Shown in pieces: positions 19,101-27,893 of a stretch of 64,000 nucleotides of DNA. Numbering within the stretch: position 1 is the stretch's first letter; each line of letters begins with the position of its first letter. The notes beneath the pieces are model-generated. The model was not told the origin of the DNA and ran no database searches. It saw nothing but the letters and a program-made list of their open reading frames with translations. Both the position numbers and the translations under genes were made by a program. Source of the DNA: Anaeromyxobacteraceae bacterium (GTDB lineage Bacteria > Myxococcota > Myxococcia > Myxococcales > Anaeromyxobacteraceae); NCBI GenBank assembly GCA_032654565.1, contig JAULAX010000005.1, positions 1 through 64,000 of the forward strand, in the 5' to 3' direction.

Positions 19101-19409
19101 CCGCGACGACCACGCGGGCCTCACCACCCTCGCCACCAGCAGTCTCCGGGAGCCACCCAGGCCTCGAGGGGCCGAGGCGTGTGCCCCTGCCCTCACCGAG
19201 CGCTTCTGGCAGCCCGACGCGCTGCGGCCTCAACCCCCGCTGAGGCACCACCTCACCACCTCGGCGCCTCCCTGACCAACGATCGCGGCCCCGGACCCCC
19301 AACGACCCCTGGCCGAGGCCGGCCTCGCCGAGCCGAACCCTCGGTCGGGAAGAAGCACACCTGTCCCAGCCCGGCCGAGTGGATGCCCTCTTCTCGGACT
19401 GGACCAACG

Positions 19410-21956
19410 CTACCTCAGCGGATCGGTGAGCAGGAGATCGGACATGGTGATGCGGATGAAGGAGTAGGCGACCATCGCCCCTCTGTCGTCGACGCGGACC
19501 TGGTCGATGCGGGTCACGCCGGCCGGATCCGGCGGCGTCAGCACCTGGTACACGGAGCGGACACCCGAGGCCAGGTCGAGGCGAGTGAGCTGCACCACCA
19601 GCGCACCCGGGTCGACCAGCAGCAGCCCGCGTCGATCGGCGGTCCAGCCGATCGGCTGCTCGCCAGCCTCGAGCCTGCCCAGCGCCCGCTCGCCGGCGCC
19701 GCCGTCCAGGTCCAGCAGCGTGAGCCGACCGCCGGCGTCCACGGCGGCCACCGCGCGGCCGTCAGGGGACGGCGCGAAGGCCGAGATCTCCCGGTCGACC
19801 ACCGGGGTCGGGGGGCCGCCGTCGAGCGGCAGCCGCAGCAGCCGCCGGGCCCCATCGGCGCCATGCGCCAGCACCAGCAGCTCGGCGCGGTCGTGGCGGA
19901 AGCGCGCCTCCACCGGGAGGTACCCGGGGAGCGGCAGGTCACGACGGACCCCGACGCCGATGGGGAGGAGCCGCAACCCATCCGCCCGGTCCGGGGCGAT
20001 GGCCACCGCCCAGGCCCCGTCGTCAGAGAGATCCTGCGCCGTCCCCTCGCCCAGCCTCACCGCCGGCCCGCCGTCGAGCGGCCGGAGGAAGACCTGGGGG
20101 CGCTGCGCCACCGCCTCGAAGCTCTCGTCGAGCAGCAGCCGTCCGCGGGCGGCGTCGAGCGCCGCCACCTGGCTGCCGTCGAGCCAGGAGAGATCGCGAT
20201 CGCGGCCCGGACCCGGCCCGGTCACCCGCAGCTCGCGCCTGAAGAACTCCCGCTCCAGCAGCAGGTGGCCATCCTGGGCCACGTCGTGGAGCAGCGTGCG
20301 CATGGGGTAGCGGATCAGCACCCGCACCCGCCCGCCCAGCCCCACCGCCAGCACCGGCGGCATCCAGTCGGAGGTGGTGTTGCCAGCCACCACCACCTCC
20401 TCGCCGGAGGGCAGCCAGGCCAGGAACGGATCGCTGGCCTGCAACCCGGTGAGCAGGGTCCGAACCGCTCCCCCGGCCGCGGGGACCACGTAGATGGTGA
20501 AGGCGGGGGCCGCGCCCATGAAGGCGATGTGCCGGCCGTCCGGCGAGAAGCGCGGACAGGCCAGCGGCCCGGCGCCCTGGAAGATGGGGTGGCCGGGCGG
20601 ATACTCGAGCACGTGATCGCCGCCCGGCAGGCGCCGCGTCACCGCCAGCTCCTGGCCCGCCGGATCCCAGTCGGCGCCGGAGACCTCCTCCAGCAGGATC
20701 CGCGGCGATCCCTGGCCCGGCCGCACCCGCGCCAGCGTCCCGGCGCCGAGCGTGGTGCGCAGGTAGCGGTCCTTGAGCAGCACCGCCAGCTCACCGGAGC
20801 GGCTCACCGCCAGCACGTCGGCGCCGGTGAGGCCGAGCGGTCGCGCCTCGCCCCCGTCGAGATCGACGCGGAAGAGCTCGGCGGGCCGGCCGTCCCAGGC
20901 CGCCCCCAGCACCACGCTGCGGCCGCCCGGGCCGAAGCGGGCCCGCAGCACGTTGCCGCGCTGGAAGGTGAGCCGCTGGAAGGTCGGGACGGGCGTGGGG
21001 CGCGCCGCCACCCAGGCTCCGCCGACCGCGCCCACCAGCAACGCCACCGCCGAGGCCGCCACCACCGGCCAGCGCCGACGCAGCGTCCAGCGCCGCGGCC
21101 CGCGCGAGGAGCCCTGCCCGGCCCGCACCTCCTCGAGCGCCTCCAGCACCTCGCCGGCGTCGGCGAAGCGGTCCGGCGGCTCCACCTCGAGGCAGCGCGC
21201 CACCACCTCGTCGAGCCCGGCCGGCGCCCCGGCCGCGGCCGGCAGCGGCTGGGGCCCGTCGCGCAGCAGCGAGATCTGCCGCTCGATGGGCGTGGCCCCC
21301 CGCCCCGGCGGCAGGCCGGAGACCAGCTCGTGGATCACCAGCCCCAGCGCGTAGACGTCGGCGCGGGCGTCGACCGGCTGGCCGCCGATCTGCTCGGGCG
21401 AGAGGTAGCCGACCGTCCCCTGCAGCAGGCCCCCGGTGGTGTGGAGGGCCTCGCCCAGCCGGGTGCTCTCGCCGCTGGCGAGCGGCTTGGCCAGCCCGAA
21501 GTCGAGCACCTTGGTGTGGCCGTCGCGGGTGAGGAAGAGGTTCTCCGGCTTGACGTCGCGGTGGACCACCCCCTGCCGGTGGGCCGCCGCCAGCGCCGAG
21601 GCCACCTGCATCGACACCTCCAGCGCCTGCAGCGCCGGGAGCGGGCCGGCGCTCAGCCGGGCCCGCAGCGTCTGCCCCTCCAGCAGCTCGGTCACCAGCA
21701 CCGGCTGCTCCTCGAAGAGCTCGAGGTCGAGGACCTGGAGGATGTTGGGGTGGGCCAGCTGGGCCAGCACCCGCGCCTCCTGCCGCAGCCGGTCCAGCTG
21801 CGAGGGATCGTGGGCCTGCGGACCGGAGAGGATCTTGAGCGCCACCTCCCGGTGCAGCACCGGGTCGAAGCCGACGTAGACGGTGGCGTTGCCGCCCGCC
21901 GAGAGCGAGCGGAGAACCTGGTAGCCGCCCACCGTCCCGCCCGGACGCAAGGTCAT
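19410..21956 (-). CDS. membrane Ser/Thr protein kinase with TolB/WD40-like C-terminal domain
   Basis: VALK, HRDVKPEN, DFG, GTVGYLSPE, one TM helix, SPDG repeats. Confidence 0.85.
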   Translation of the reverse strand: MTLRPGGTVGGYQVLRSLSAGGNATVYVGFDPVLHREVALKILSGPQAHDPSQLDRLRQEARVLAQLAHPNILQVLDLELFEEQPVLVTELLEGQTLRARLSAGPLPALQALEVSMQVASALAAAHRQGVVHRDVKPENLFLTRDGHTKVLDFGLAKPLASGESTRLGEALHTTGGLLQGTVGYLSPEQIGGQPVDARADVYALGLVIHELVSGLPPGRGATPIERQISLLRDGPQPLPAAAGAPAGLDEVVARCLEVEPPDRFADAGEVLEALEEVRAGQGSSRGPRRWTLRRRWPVVAASAVALLVGAVGGAWVAARPTPVPTFQRLTFQRGNVLRARFGPGGRSVVLGAAWDGRPAELFRVDLDGGEARPLGLTGADVLAVSRSGELAVLLKDRYLRTTLGAGTLARVRPGQGSPRILLEEVSGADWDPAGQELAVTRRLPGGDHVLEYPPGHPIFQGAGPLACPRFSPDGRHIAFMGAAPAFTIYVVPAAGGAVRTLLTGLQASDPFLAWLPSGEEVVVAGNTTSDWMPPVLAVGLGGRVRVLIRYPMRTLLHDVAQDGHLLLEREFFRRELRVTGPGPGRDRDLSWLDGSQVAALDAARGRLLLDESFEAVAQRPQVFLRPLDGGPAVRLGEGTAQDLSDDGAWAVAIAPDRADGLRLLPIGVGVRRDLPLPGYLPVEARFRHDRAELLVLAHGADGARRLLRLPLDGGPPTPVVDREISAFAPSPDGRAVAAVDAGGRLTLLDLDGGAGERALGRLEAGEQPIGWTADRRGLLLVDPGALVVQLTRLDLASGVRSVYQVLTPPDPAGVTRIDQVRVDDRGAMVAYSFIRITMSDLLLTDPLR

Positions 21957-23404
21957 GTGCCCCCCAGCGACCGCAGCGCCGCCCCGAGGCGCCGGGCCAC
22001 CTCTTCCAGCTCGGGCTCGGGGTAGTTGGAGAAGCCGACGCGCAGCCCCGGGACCACCCGGGCGTCGAAGGCGAACTGCCGTCCCGGCTGCACCGCCACC
22101 CCCAGCTCCAGCGCCCGCGCCGCCAGCCGGTCGACGTCGACGCCCTCGGCCACCTCCACCCAGAGGGCCAGGCCGCCGCTGGGCGGCTCGACGCGGATGG
22201 CCGCCCCCAGCTCCCGTCGCAGCGCCGCCACCAGCACGTCGCGCCGGCGCCGGTAGACCAGCTGCATCTTGTTGAGGTGGCGGCCCAGCTCGCCGTCCTC
22301 CATCAGCTCGGCCATGGCCCGCTCCAGCACCAGGTCGCCCTGGCGGTCGAAGACCAGCCGCAGCTCCTTCATGCGGGCGATGAGCGGCGCCGGCCCGTGC
22401 ACCAGCCCCAGCCGCAGGCCGGGGGTGAAGACCTTGGAGAGGGTGCCGACATGGACCACCACGCCGGCGGCGTCGGCGGCCGCCAGCGGCGCCAGCGGCG
22501 TCCCGTCGTACTGGAACTCCGAGTCCTGGTCGTTCTCCAGCACCGCCAGCCGGTGACGGGAGGCCAGCTCCAGCAGCCGCTCCCGCCGCGCCGGCGAGAG
22601 CGTCACCAGCGTCGGGTAGTGGCGCTGCGGCGAGACCAGCACCGCCCGCACCCGCTGCTGCGCCAGCAGCGCCTCGAGCGCCTCGACGTCGAGCCCGTCA
22701 CCGTCGACCGGCACCGGCAGGCAGCGGGCGCCGGCGCGGGCGAAGGCCTCCCAGGCGTTGCGGTGGCCGAGCGCCTCCACCGCCACGGCGTCGCCGGGAG
22801 AGACCAGGGCGTGGGCGGCGAGGAAGTAGGCCATCTGGCTGCCGCGGGTGACGATGATCCGCTCCGCCGACGCCGCGATGCCGCGGGTGGCCGAGAGCAT
22901 GGCGGCCAGCGCCTCGCGAAGCCGGGGGTGGCCCTGGGCGTCCTCCAGGGTGAGGGCGCTCTGCTTGTTGAGCGTCAGCGCCCGGCGGTAGGCGCGGGCC
23001 AGCGCCGCCCCCGGCAGCAGCCGTGGATCGGGGATGCCGGAGCCGACCTGGAGCAGGTGGCCGGGCGCCGGCGGATCCTCGGGGCGGGCCGGCGTGCCCA
23101 GGTCGAAGCCCATGCCCGGCGGCGGCGCGGCGTGGCTGGCCCGCGACGGGGGTGAAGCCGCCACCCGGCTCCCCTCGCCGGTCGTGGAGACCACCCAGCC
23201 CTGGTCCTGCAGCTCGCGGTAGGAGGCCATCACCGTGTTCCGCGACACCCCCAGCTGGTCGGCCAGCGTCCGGTAGCCCGGGAGCGGGTCGCCGGGGTGG
23301 AGCCGGCCGCGCTCGATCTCCCGCTGCAAGGCGTCGGCGATCTGGACGAAGACCGGGTTCCGGCTCTTGGGGTCGAGGTAGATGGTGGGGATCCAGCCGG
23401 CCAG
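21953..23404 (-). CDS. MocR/GabR-family regulator (GntR HTH + PLP aminotransferase-like domain); probable CTG start
   Basis: PVFVQIADAL..LPGYRTLADQLGVSRNTV HTH; GTLSKVFTPGLRLG; GGAG upstream of CTG 23404. Confidence 0.85.
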   Translation of the reverse strand: MAGWIPTIYLDPKSRNPVFVQIADALQREIERGRLHPGDPLPGYRTLADQLGVSRNTVMASYRELQDQGWVVSTTGEGSRVAASPPSRASHAAPPPGMGFDLGTPARPEDPPAPGHLLQVGSGIPDPRLLPGAALARAYRRALTLNKQSALTLEDAQGHPRLREALAAMLSATRGIAASAERIIVTRGSQMAYFLAAHALVSPGDAVAVEALGHRNAWEAFARAGARCLPVPVDGDGLDVEALEALLAQQRVRAVLVSPQRHYPTLVTLSPARRERLLELASRHRLAVLENDQDSEFQYDGTPLAPLAAADAAGVVVHVGTLSKVFTPGLRLGLVHGPAPLIARMKELRLVFDRQGDLVLERAMAELMEDGELGRHLNKMQLVYRRRRDVLVAALRRELGAAIRVEPPSGGLALWVEVAEGVDVDRLAARALELGVAVQPGRQFAFDARVVPGLRVGFSNYPEPELEEVARRLGAALRSLGGT

Positions 23405-23529
23405 GTGCGCTCCGCTTCGGCCCGTCGTTCGGGGCCGCGCACTCTAGCGCACCCATCCGGCGGACGTGCCGCGTCCCATGCCGCATGGCCGTGGGACAGC
23501 CGGTCTCCCATGGCGGAGCGGGAGGTTCG

Positions 23530-23545
23530 GGGACCCTCGGCCAGG
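23530..23545 (-). repeat. short copy of the RAYT-element terminal motif
   Basis: Minus strand CCTGGCCGAGGGTCCC matches CCTGACCGAGGGTTCC at 14/16; 19 nt after the stop of the ClpX-like gene. Confidence 0.4.
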
Positions 23546-23564
23546 CCCGGGTCCGACTGGGCTG

Positions 23565-24641
23565 TCAGGACCCCCGGTCCTGGCCCCGCGGCGCCAGCCC
23601 GTCGTAGACCAGCGCCTCGACCTCCAGCGCCAGGGCCGCTCGCAGCCCGCGGGCGCCGTGGCCGTCGCGGTGGGCCCGCGCCGCCATGGCGCCGAGCGCC
23701 CTCTCGTCGAGCGCCAGGGCCAGCCCGTCGGCCTTGAGCTCGCGGACGTGGCGGCGGGCCTGCTCGTCGAGGATGCGCCGCAGCTCGGGCAGGCCGAGCG
23801 GAGCCAGCTCCACCAGGCGTGAGAAGCGCCCGATCAGCTCGGGCATGAAGCCGAGCCGCTCCAGCGCGGCCGGCTCCAGCGCCGCCGGCTCGCCGCCCGC
23901 CCCGCCCGCCCCGGCCTCGCCGAACCCGACCGGCCGCGCCGCCGCCTCGGCCCGGCGCAGCCCGCTGAAGGCGCCGCAGGCCACGAAGGTGATCCCGGCC
24001 AGCGGCAGGTGGCGCGCCGGGGTCCGCCCCGAGTCCCCGGAGTCCGGCGCATACTCGCCGTAGGTCCCGGAGAGGAGCCCCAGCAGGCTGCGCTGCACCC
24101 CCCAGCCGGAGACGTCCTTGGTGGTCTCGGCCCCGGCGAAGCGGGCCGACGACGACGACCCAGCCAGCTTGTCGAACTCGTCGAGGCAGACCACGCCGCA
24201 GCCGGCCCACCCCTCGTCGCCCCCGGCGGCGTTGACCAGGCGGGTGAGGATGGTGGAGACGTCGTTGCCGACGTAGCCGGTCTCGGAGAAGGTGGTTACG
24301 TCGACCACCACCGCCGGCACCTCGAGCAGCTCCCGGAAGACCAGCTCGACGAGGTGGGTCTTGCCGCAGCCGGTCGGGCCCACCAGCAGGTAGCTGTCGC
24401 GGTCGGGCAGCTCCGAGGGGTCGACGCCGTCGAGGTGGAGCCGCTGCAGCCGGCGCACGTGGCGCCAGGCCAGGACGCAGGCGGCCCGCCTCGCCGCCGC
24501 CTGCCCCCGGTAGCCGAGCCCCTCGAGCCGCTCGTCGAGCTGGCGCGGGGTGGGCAGGCGCAGCGCCGCCACCCGCTGCTGCAGCGCCGCGACCGGTCGG
24601 GCCAGGCCGTTCCGTGAGGCCGACGACGGCGCCAGGCTCAC
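23565..24641 (-). CDS. ClpX-like AAA+ ATPase without N-terminal zinc-binding domain
   Basis: GPTGCGKT, TGYVG pore loop, LDEFDK, DVSGWGVQRSLL, VGF loop, GFMPELIGRF. Confidence 0.8.
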   Translation of the reverse strand: MSLAPSSASRNGLARPVAALQQRVAALRLPTPRQLDERLEGLGYRGQAAARRAACVLAWRHVRRLQRLHLDGVDPSELPDRDSYLLVGPTGCGKTHLVELVFRELLEVPAVVVDVTTFSETGYVGNDVSTILTRLVNAAGGDEGWAGCGVVCLDEFDKLAGSSSSARFAGAETTKDVSGWGVQRSLLGLLSGTYGEYAPDSGDSGRTPARHLPLAGITFVACGAFSGLRRAEAAARPVGFGEAGAGGAGGEPAALEPAALERLGFMPELIGRFSRLVELAPLGLPELRRILDEQARRHVRELKADGLALALDERALGAMAARAHRDGHGARGLRAALALEVEALVYDGLAPRGQDRGS

Positions 24642-25558
24642 GGCGCGGCCCCCAGGCCGCCTTCGACCCCGACCCGCACCAGGTCCCCGGCCGCCACACC
24701 GTGCGCGGCGCACCAGCCGCCGGCCACCTCCAGCACCTCGACCACCGGCCCGGCCGACAGCACCCGGCTGGTGCTGAGCGGCGTGGTCCGCTCGGCCACG
24801 TTGACCACCCGGCCCGCCTCGTCGATGAAGAGCAGGTCGAGCGGCAGCAGCGTGTTCTTCATCCAGAAGCCGTGGGCGCGGGGGGCGCCGAAGCGGAAGA
24901 GCATGCCGCCGTCGTCCGGCAGCCGCTCGCGGAACATCAGGCCGACCTCGATCTCCTCCCAGCGGTCGACCAGCTCGACGGTGAGCCGGTGGGAGGGGCC
25001 GGCCCGGGTGGCCACCGTGACCGCCGTCGGAGGGTTGCGGCGGGGCAGGCGCACCTCCTCGCCGGTGAGCCGATCGAGGTAGAGGTCGGCGTCGGCCTCG
25101 CGCCGCTGGTGGCGCAGCGGCCGGTCGGGCAGCCCCAGCTCGCAGAGGGTGGTCTGGCTGGTGCCGGACCCTTCGAAGGCCCAGCCCTCCGGCACGGTCA
25201 GCTCGCGGCGGGTGTCGCCGGCGAGACGGGCCGCCAGCACCGGCTGGCCGTCCGGCGACGGGACGATCCCCAGCTCCAGCCAGGGCCACCAGCCGAAGGG
25301 GCCGGACCTGCTCCCCACCACCGCCACCTCCCCGGGCTCGTCGGGCTGGGCCACCGAGTCGAGCTCCAGGCCGACCTCCTCCAGCGCCGCCAGCGCGGCG
25401 GCCCGACGCGGGGCCCGGTCGACGGCGAAGCCGACCAGCGCGCCGTCGTCGACCACGTGGAGGGCGCACCCGGCCACCCGGGCCCGGGTCCCGGCCGGCG
25501 CGGCCTCGAGCGCCTCGCGACGGAGCAGCAGCGTCTGGAACTCCACCAGGACCGGCAT
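24638..25558 (-). CDS. DUF192-domain protein with unknown N-terminal domain
   Basis: C-terminal GLMFR..GMLF..FWMKNTLLPLDLLF..VLEVAGG; GGAGG upstream of ATG. Confidence 0.75.
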   Translation of the reverse strand: MPVLVEFQTLLLRREALEAAPAGTRARVAGCALHVVDDGALVGFAVDRAPRRAAALAALEEVGLELDSVAQPDEPGEVAVVGSRSGPFGWWPWLELGIVPSPDGQPVLAARLAGDTRRELTVPEGWAFEGSGTSQTTLCELGLPDRPLRHQRREADADLYLDRLTGEEVRLPRRNPPTAVTVATRAGPSHRLTVELVDRWEEIEVGLMFRERLPDDGGMLFRFGAPRAHGFWMKNTLLPLDLLFIDEAGRVVNVAERTTPLSTSRVLSAGPVVEVLEVAGGWCAAHGVAAGDLVRVGVEGGLGAAP

Positions 25559-25605
25559 GTCGAACCTCCAGCCGAAGTATGGCCGGCCGACGGACACGGC
25601 GGCGG

Positions 25606-27199
25606 GGGCGCACGCCCGAGTTGAGGAATCTCTTTGGCGGCCGATCCGGGGCGCGGGGAAAGCCCCATCGGTCTGCGGGCTTGGCCCGGCCGGGTGATCG
25701 GGGCCGGGGTGCGGGCTGCCCGCTCCCGGTACGGGAGATCGACAGGTTGGCCCGGGCATGATCTTTTTCGGGCATGGCCCGAAAGCGCGCACTGAAGCAG
25801 TTCTCGGAGAAGGACCTCGTCGAGGAGCTCGCCCGGCGGCATGCGGACAAGCACTTCCACGAAGGGATGACGATGAGCGAGATGGAGCTCTCGGTGGAGA
25901 AGGCGACCCGGGATGACCGGGAGCCGTCCATCGCGCTGATGCTCTCGCGGATGAAGCCGGAGAAACCAACGGCGAAGGCCTGCCCGAAGTGCGGCAAGCG
26001 GGTGGCGGTGAAGGCGCACGACCGGGAGCGGACGGTGCGGAGCCTGTCCGGCGAGGTGACCTTCAAGCGCAACTACCACTACTGCGAGGCCTGCAAGCAC
26101 GGCTTCTACCCCGTGGATCGGCTGCTCGACCTGCCCGAGCAGGGCGAGCTGACCACCGAGATGGAGAAGCGGGTGCTCGACTTCGCGGTGAACGACGTCT
26201 ACGGCGAGTGCGAGCAGCGGTGGGCGCTGCACTACCGCGATCCGATCTCGGAGAACCTGCTCCGCCGCGTGGTGGCGCGGGTGGGCGCGCAGTGCGAGGC
26301 GGCCGACCAGCTCTACCTGCAGGAGGAGCTGAAGCCCAAGGGCGCTGCCCCGAATGCTCTGGTGATCGAAGTGGACGGCAGCATGCTGCCGATCCGCGGC
26401 GCCGAGGCGTGGAAGGAGGCCAAGGTGGGCGTGACCTACCGGCACGATGTCGCCGTGAACGAGCCGATGCCGGGAACGGCCCGCTATGCCGCGGTGGTGG
26501 GCGGCCTCGGGAACTTCTCGCCGGTGCTGGAGGAGCTGCTCCAAGCCGAGCGGATCGACGAGGCCGGCGTGGTGATCTGGCTGGGCGACGGCGCGGCCTG
26601 CAACTGGACGCTGGCCGAGCAGCTCTCGCCGGATGCGGTGCAGATCCTCGACTGGCACCACGCCGTGGAGCACGCAGTGGAGTGCGGCCGCGTGTTGCTG
26701 GGCGAGGAGAGTCCCTGGCTGCCGCTGTGGCAGTGCCGTGCCGAGGCGTTGCTGTCGACGGGCAACATCCCGGCCGTCATCAGCGAGTTGATGGACTGCC
26801 TGGAGTACATCCCAAGGCGGAACCAGCGGGAGTCCCTCGACGCGGTCGAGAACCTGATCGGCTACTACCGGACCAACGCCTACCGGATGAAGTACGCCCT
26901 GTACCGGGCCAACGGCTTCCCCATCGGCAGCGGCGCCATCGAGAGCGCCCACCGCCACGTGCTCCAGACCCGCATGAAGCGGGCCGGCCAGCGCTGGGCC
27001 ATCCACAACGCCCGCCGCATGGCCCGCCTGCGCGCCGCCTACCGCACCGGCGGCGCCCGCCGCTTCTACGCCGCCATCCGCCGCGCCCACCACGCCACCC
27101 TCGCCCGGCCCCGCGCCAACCACGGCGGCCGCGACCATTTCGAGTACGCCCGCTACGGATCCAGGGACACCGACCGCTGCTCAATCTGATCGTGCGCCC
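25606..27199 (+). mobile_element. ISKra4-family-like insertion sequence, copy 2 (1594 bp)
   Basis: Same IRs and length as copy 1; 6-bp flanking duplication CGGCGG at 25600-25605 and 27200-27205. Confidence 0.9.
25774..27189 (+). CDS. ISKra4-family DDE transposase
   Basis: 471 aa, about 94% identical to copy 1 by manual comparison. Confidence 0.85.
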   Translation: MARKRALKQFSEKDLVEELARRHADKHFHEGMTMSEMELSVEKATRDDREPSIALMLSRMKPEKPTAKACPKCGKRVAVKAHDRERTVRSLSGEVTFKRNYHYCEACKHGFYPVDRLLDLPEQGELTTEMEKRVLDFAVNDVYGECEQRWALHYRDPISENLLRRVVARVGAQCEAADQLYLQEELKPKGAAPNALVIEVDGSMLPIRGAEAWKEAKVGVTYRHDVAVNEPMPGTARYAAVVGGLGNFSPVLEELLQAERIDEAGVVIWLGDGAACNWTLAEQLSPDAVQILDWHHAVEHAVECGRVLLGEESPWLPLWQCRAEALLSTGNIPAVISELMDCLEYIPRRNQRESLDAVENLIGYYRTNAYRMKYALYRANGFPIGSGAIESAHRHVLQTRMKRAGQRWAIHNARRMARLRAAYRTGGARRFYAAIRRAHHATLARPRANHGGRDHFEYARYGSRDTDRCSI

Positions 27200-27242
27200 C
27201 GGCGGCCCGGCGGCCCATGGGTCCGGCGGCCATGCTGGCGCC

Positions 27243-27770
27243 ATGCCCACCCTCCTCGTCCCCGACGCGCCGCTCTGGTCGCTGGTCCTGCGCGTCGTCG
27301 TGGTCTACGCCTTCCTGGTCGCCGCCCTGCGCCTCTCCGGCCGGCGCGAGCTGGGCCAGATGACCAGCTTCGACCTGGTCCTGCTCCTGCTGGTGTCGAA
27401 CGCGGTGCAGAACTCCCTCAACGCCGGCGACAACTCGCTGGGTGGTGGGCTGGTCAGCGCCGCCACGCTCTTCCTGGTCAACCGGGCGGTCGGCTACGCC
27501 GCCTGGCGCTGGCGCTGGTTCAACCGGCTGGTGCAGGGGCGGCCGCTGCGGCTGGTCACCGACGGCCGGGTCCACGCCGGCGCGCTCAAGCTGGAGCGGC
27601 TCACCCTGGCCGAGCTCCGTTCGGCGCTGCGCAAGCAGGGGATCGCCCGCATCGGCGATTGCCAGCGGGTGGTCCTCGAGCCGGACGGGACGCTCAGCGC
27701 CGTCCGCGTCGGCGTGGTGCCGCGCCCCCTCCACGAGGTGGCCCACCCCGACGCCTACTTCCGGGCCTGA
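27243..27770 (+). CDS. DUF421/YetF-family membrane protein
   Basis: LRLSGRRELGQMTSFDLVLLLL, LRKQGI, VLEPDGTLS. Confidence 0.85.
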   Translation: MPTLLVPDAPLWSLVLRVVVVYAFLVAALRLSGRRELGQMTSFDLVLLLLVSNAVQNSLNAGDNSLGGGLVSAATLFLVNRAVGYAAWRWRWFNRLVQGRPLRLVTDGRVHAGALKLERLTLAELRSALRKQGIARIGDCQRVVLEPDGTLSAVRVGVVPRPLHEVAHPDAYFRA

Positions 27771-27893
27771 CCGCGCCACGCCCCCGACCTGGTCCCTGCC
27801 GCGGCCCAGGCGTCCCGACCGCGCCGGGCGGGCGGGCGCCGCCGTCCGCTGGCGCCGCGGACCCGGCGCGGTTAGGAGGTGGGCGAGGCACAC

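Larger units (their letters stand above)
18099..19350 (+). mobile_element. putative RAYT/Y1-HUH element bounded by 16-bp inverted repeats
   Basis: TCCCGACCGAGAGTAC at 18099 versus reverse complement of 19335-19350 TCCCGACCGAGGGTTC (14/16). Confidence 0.6.

Noticed and set aside
5319..27199. Composite transposon formed by the two inverted IS copies around ~18.7 kb
   Set aside because: Each copy has its own flanking duplication and the outer flanks do not match, indicating independent insertions.
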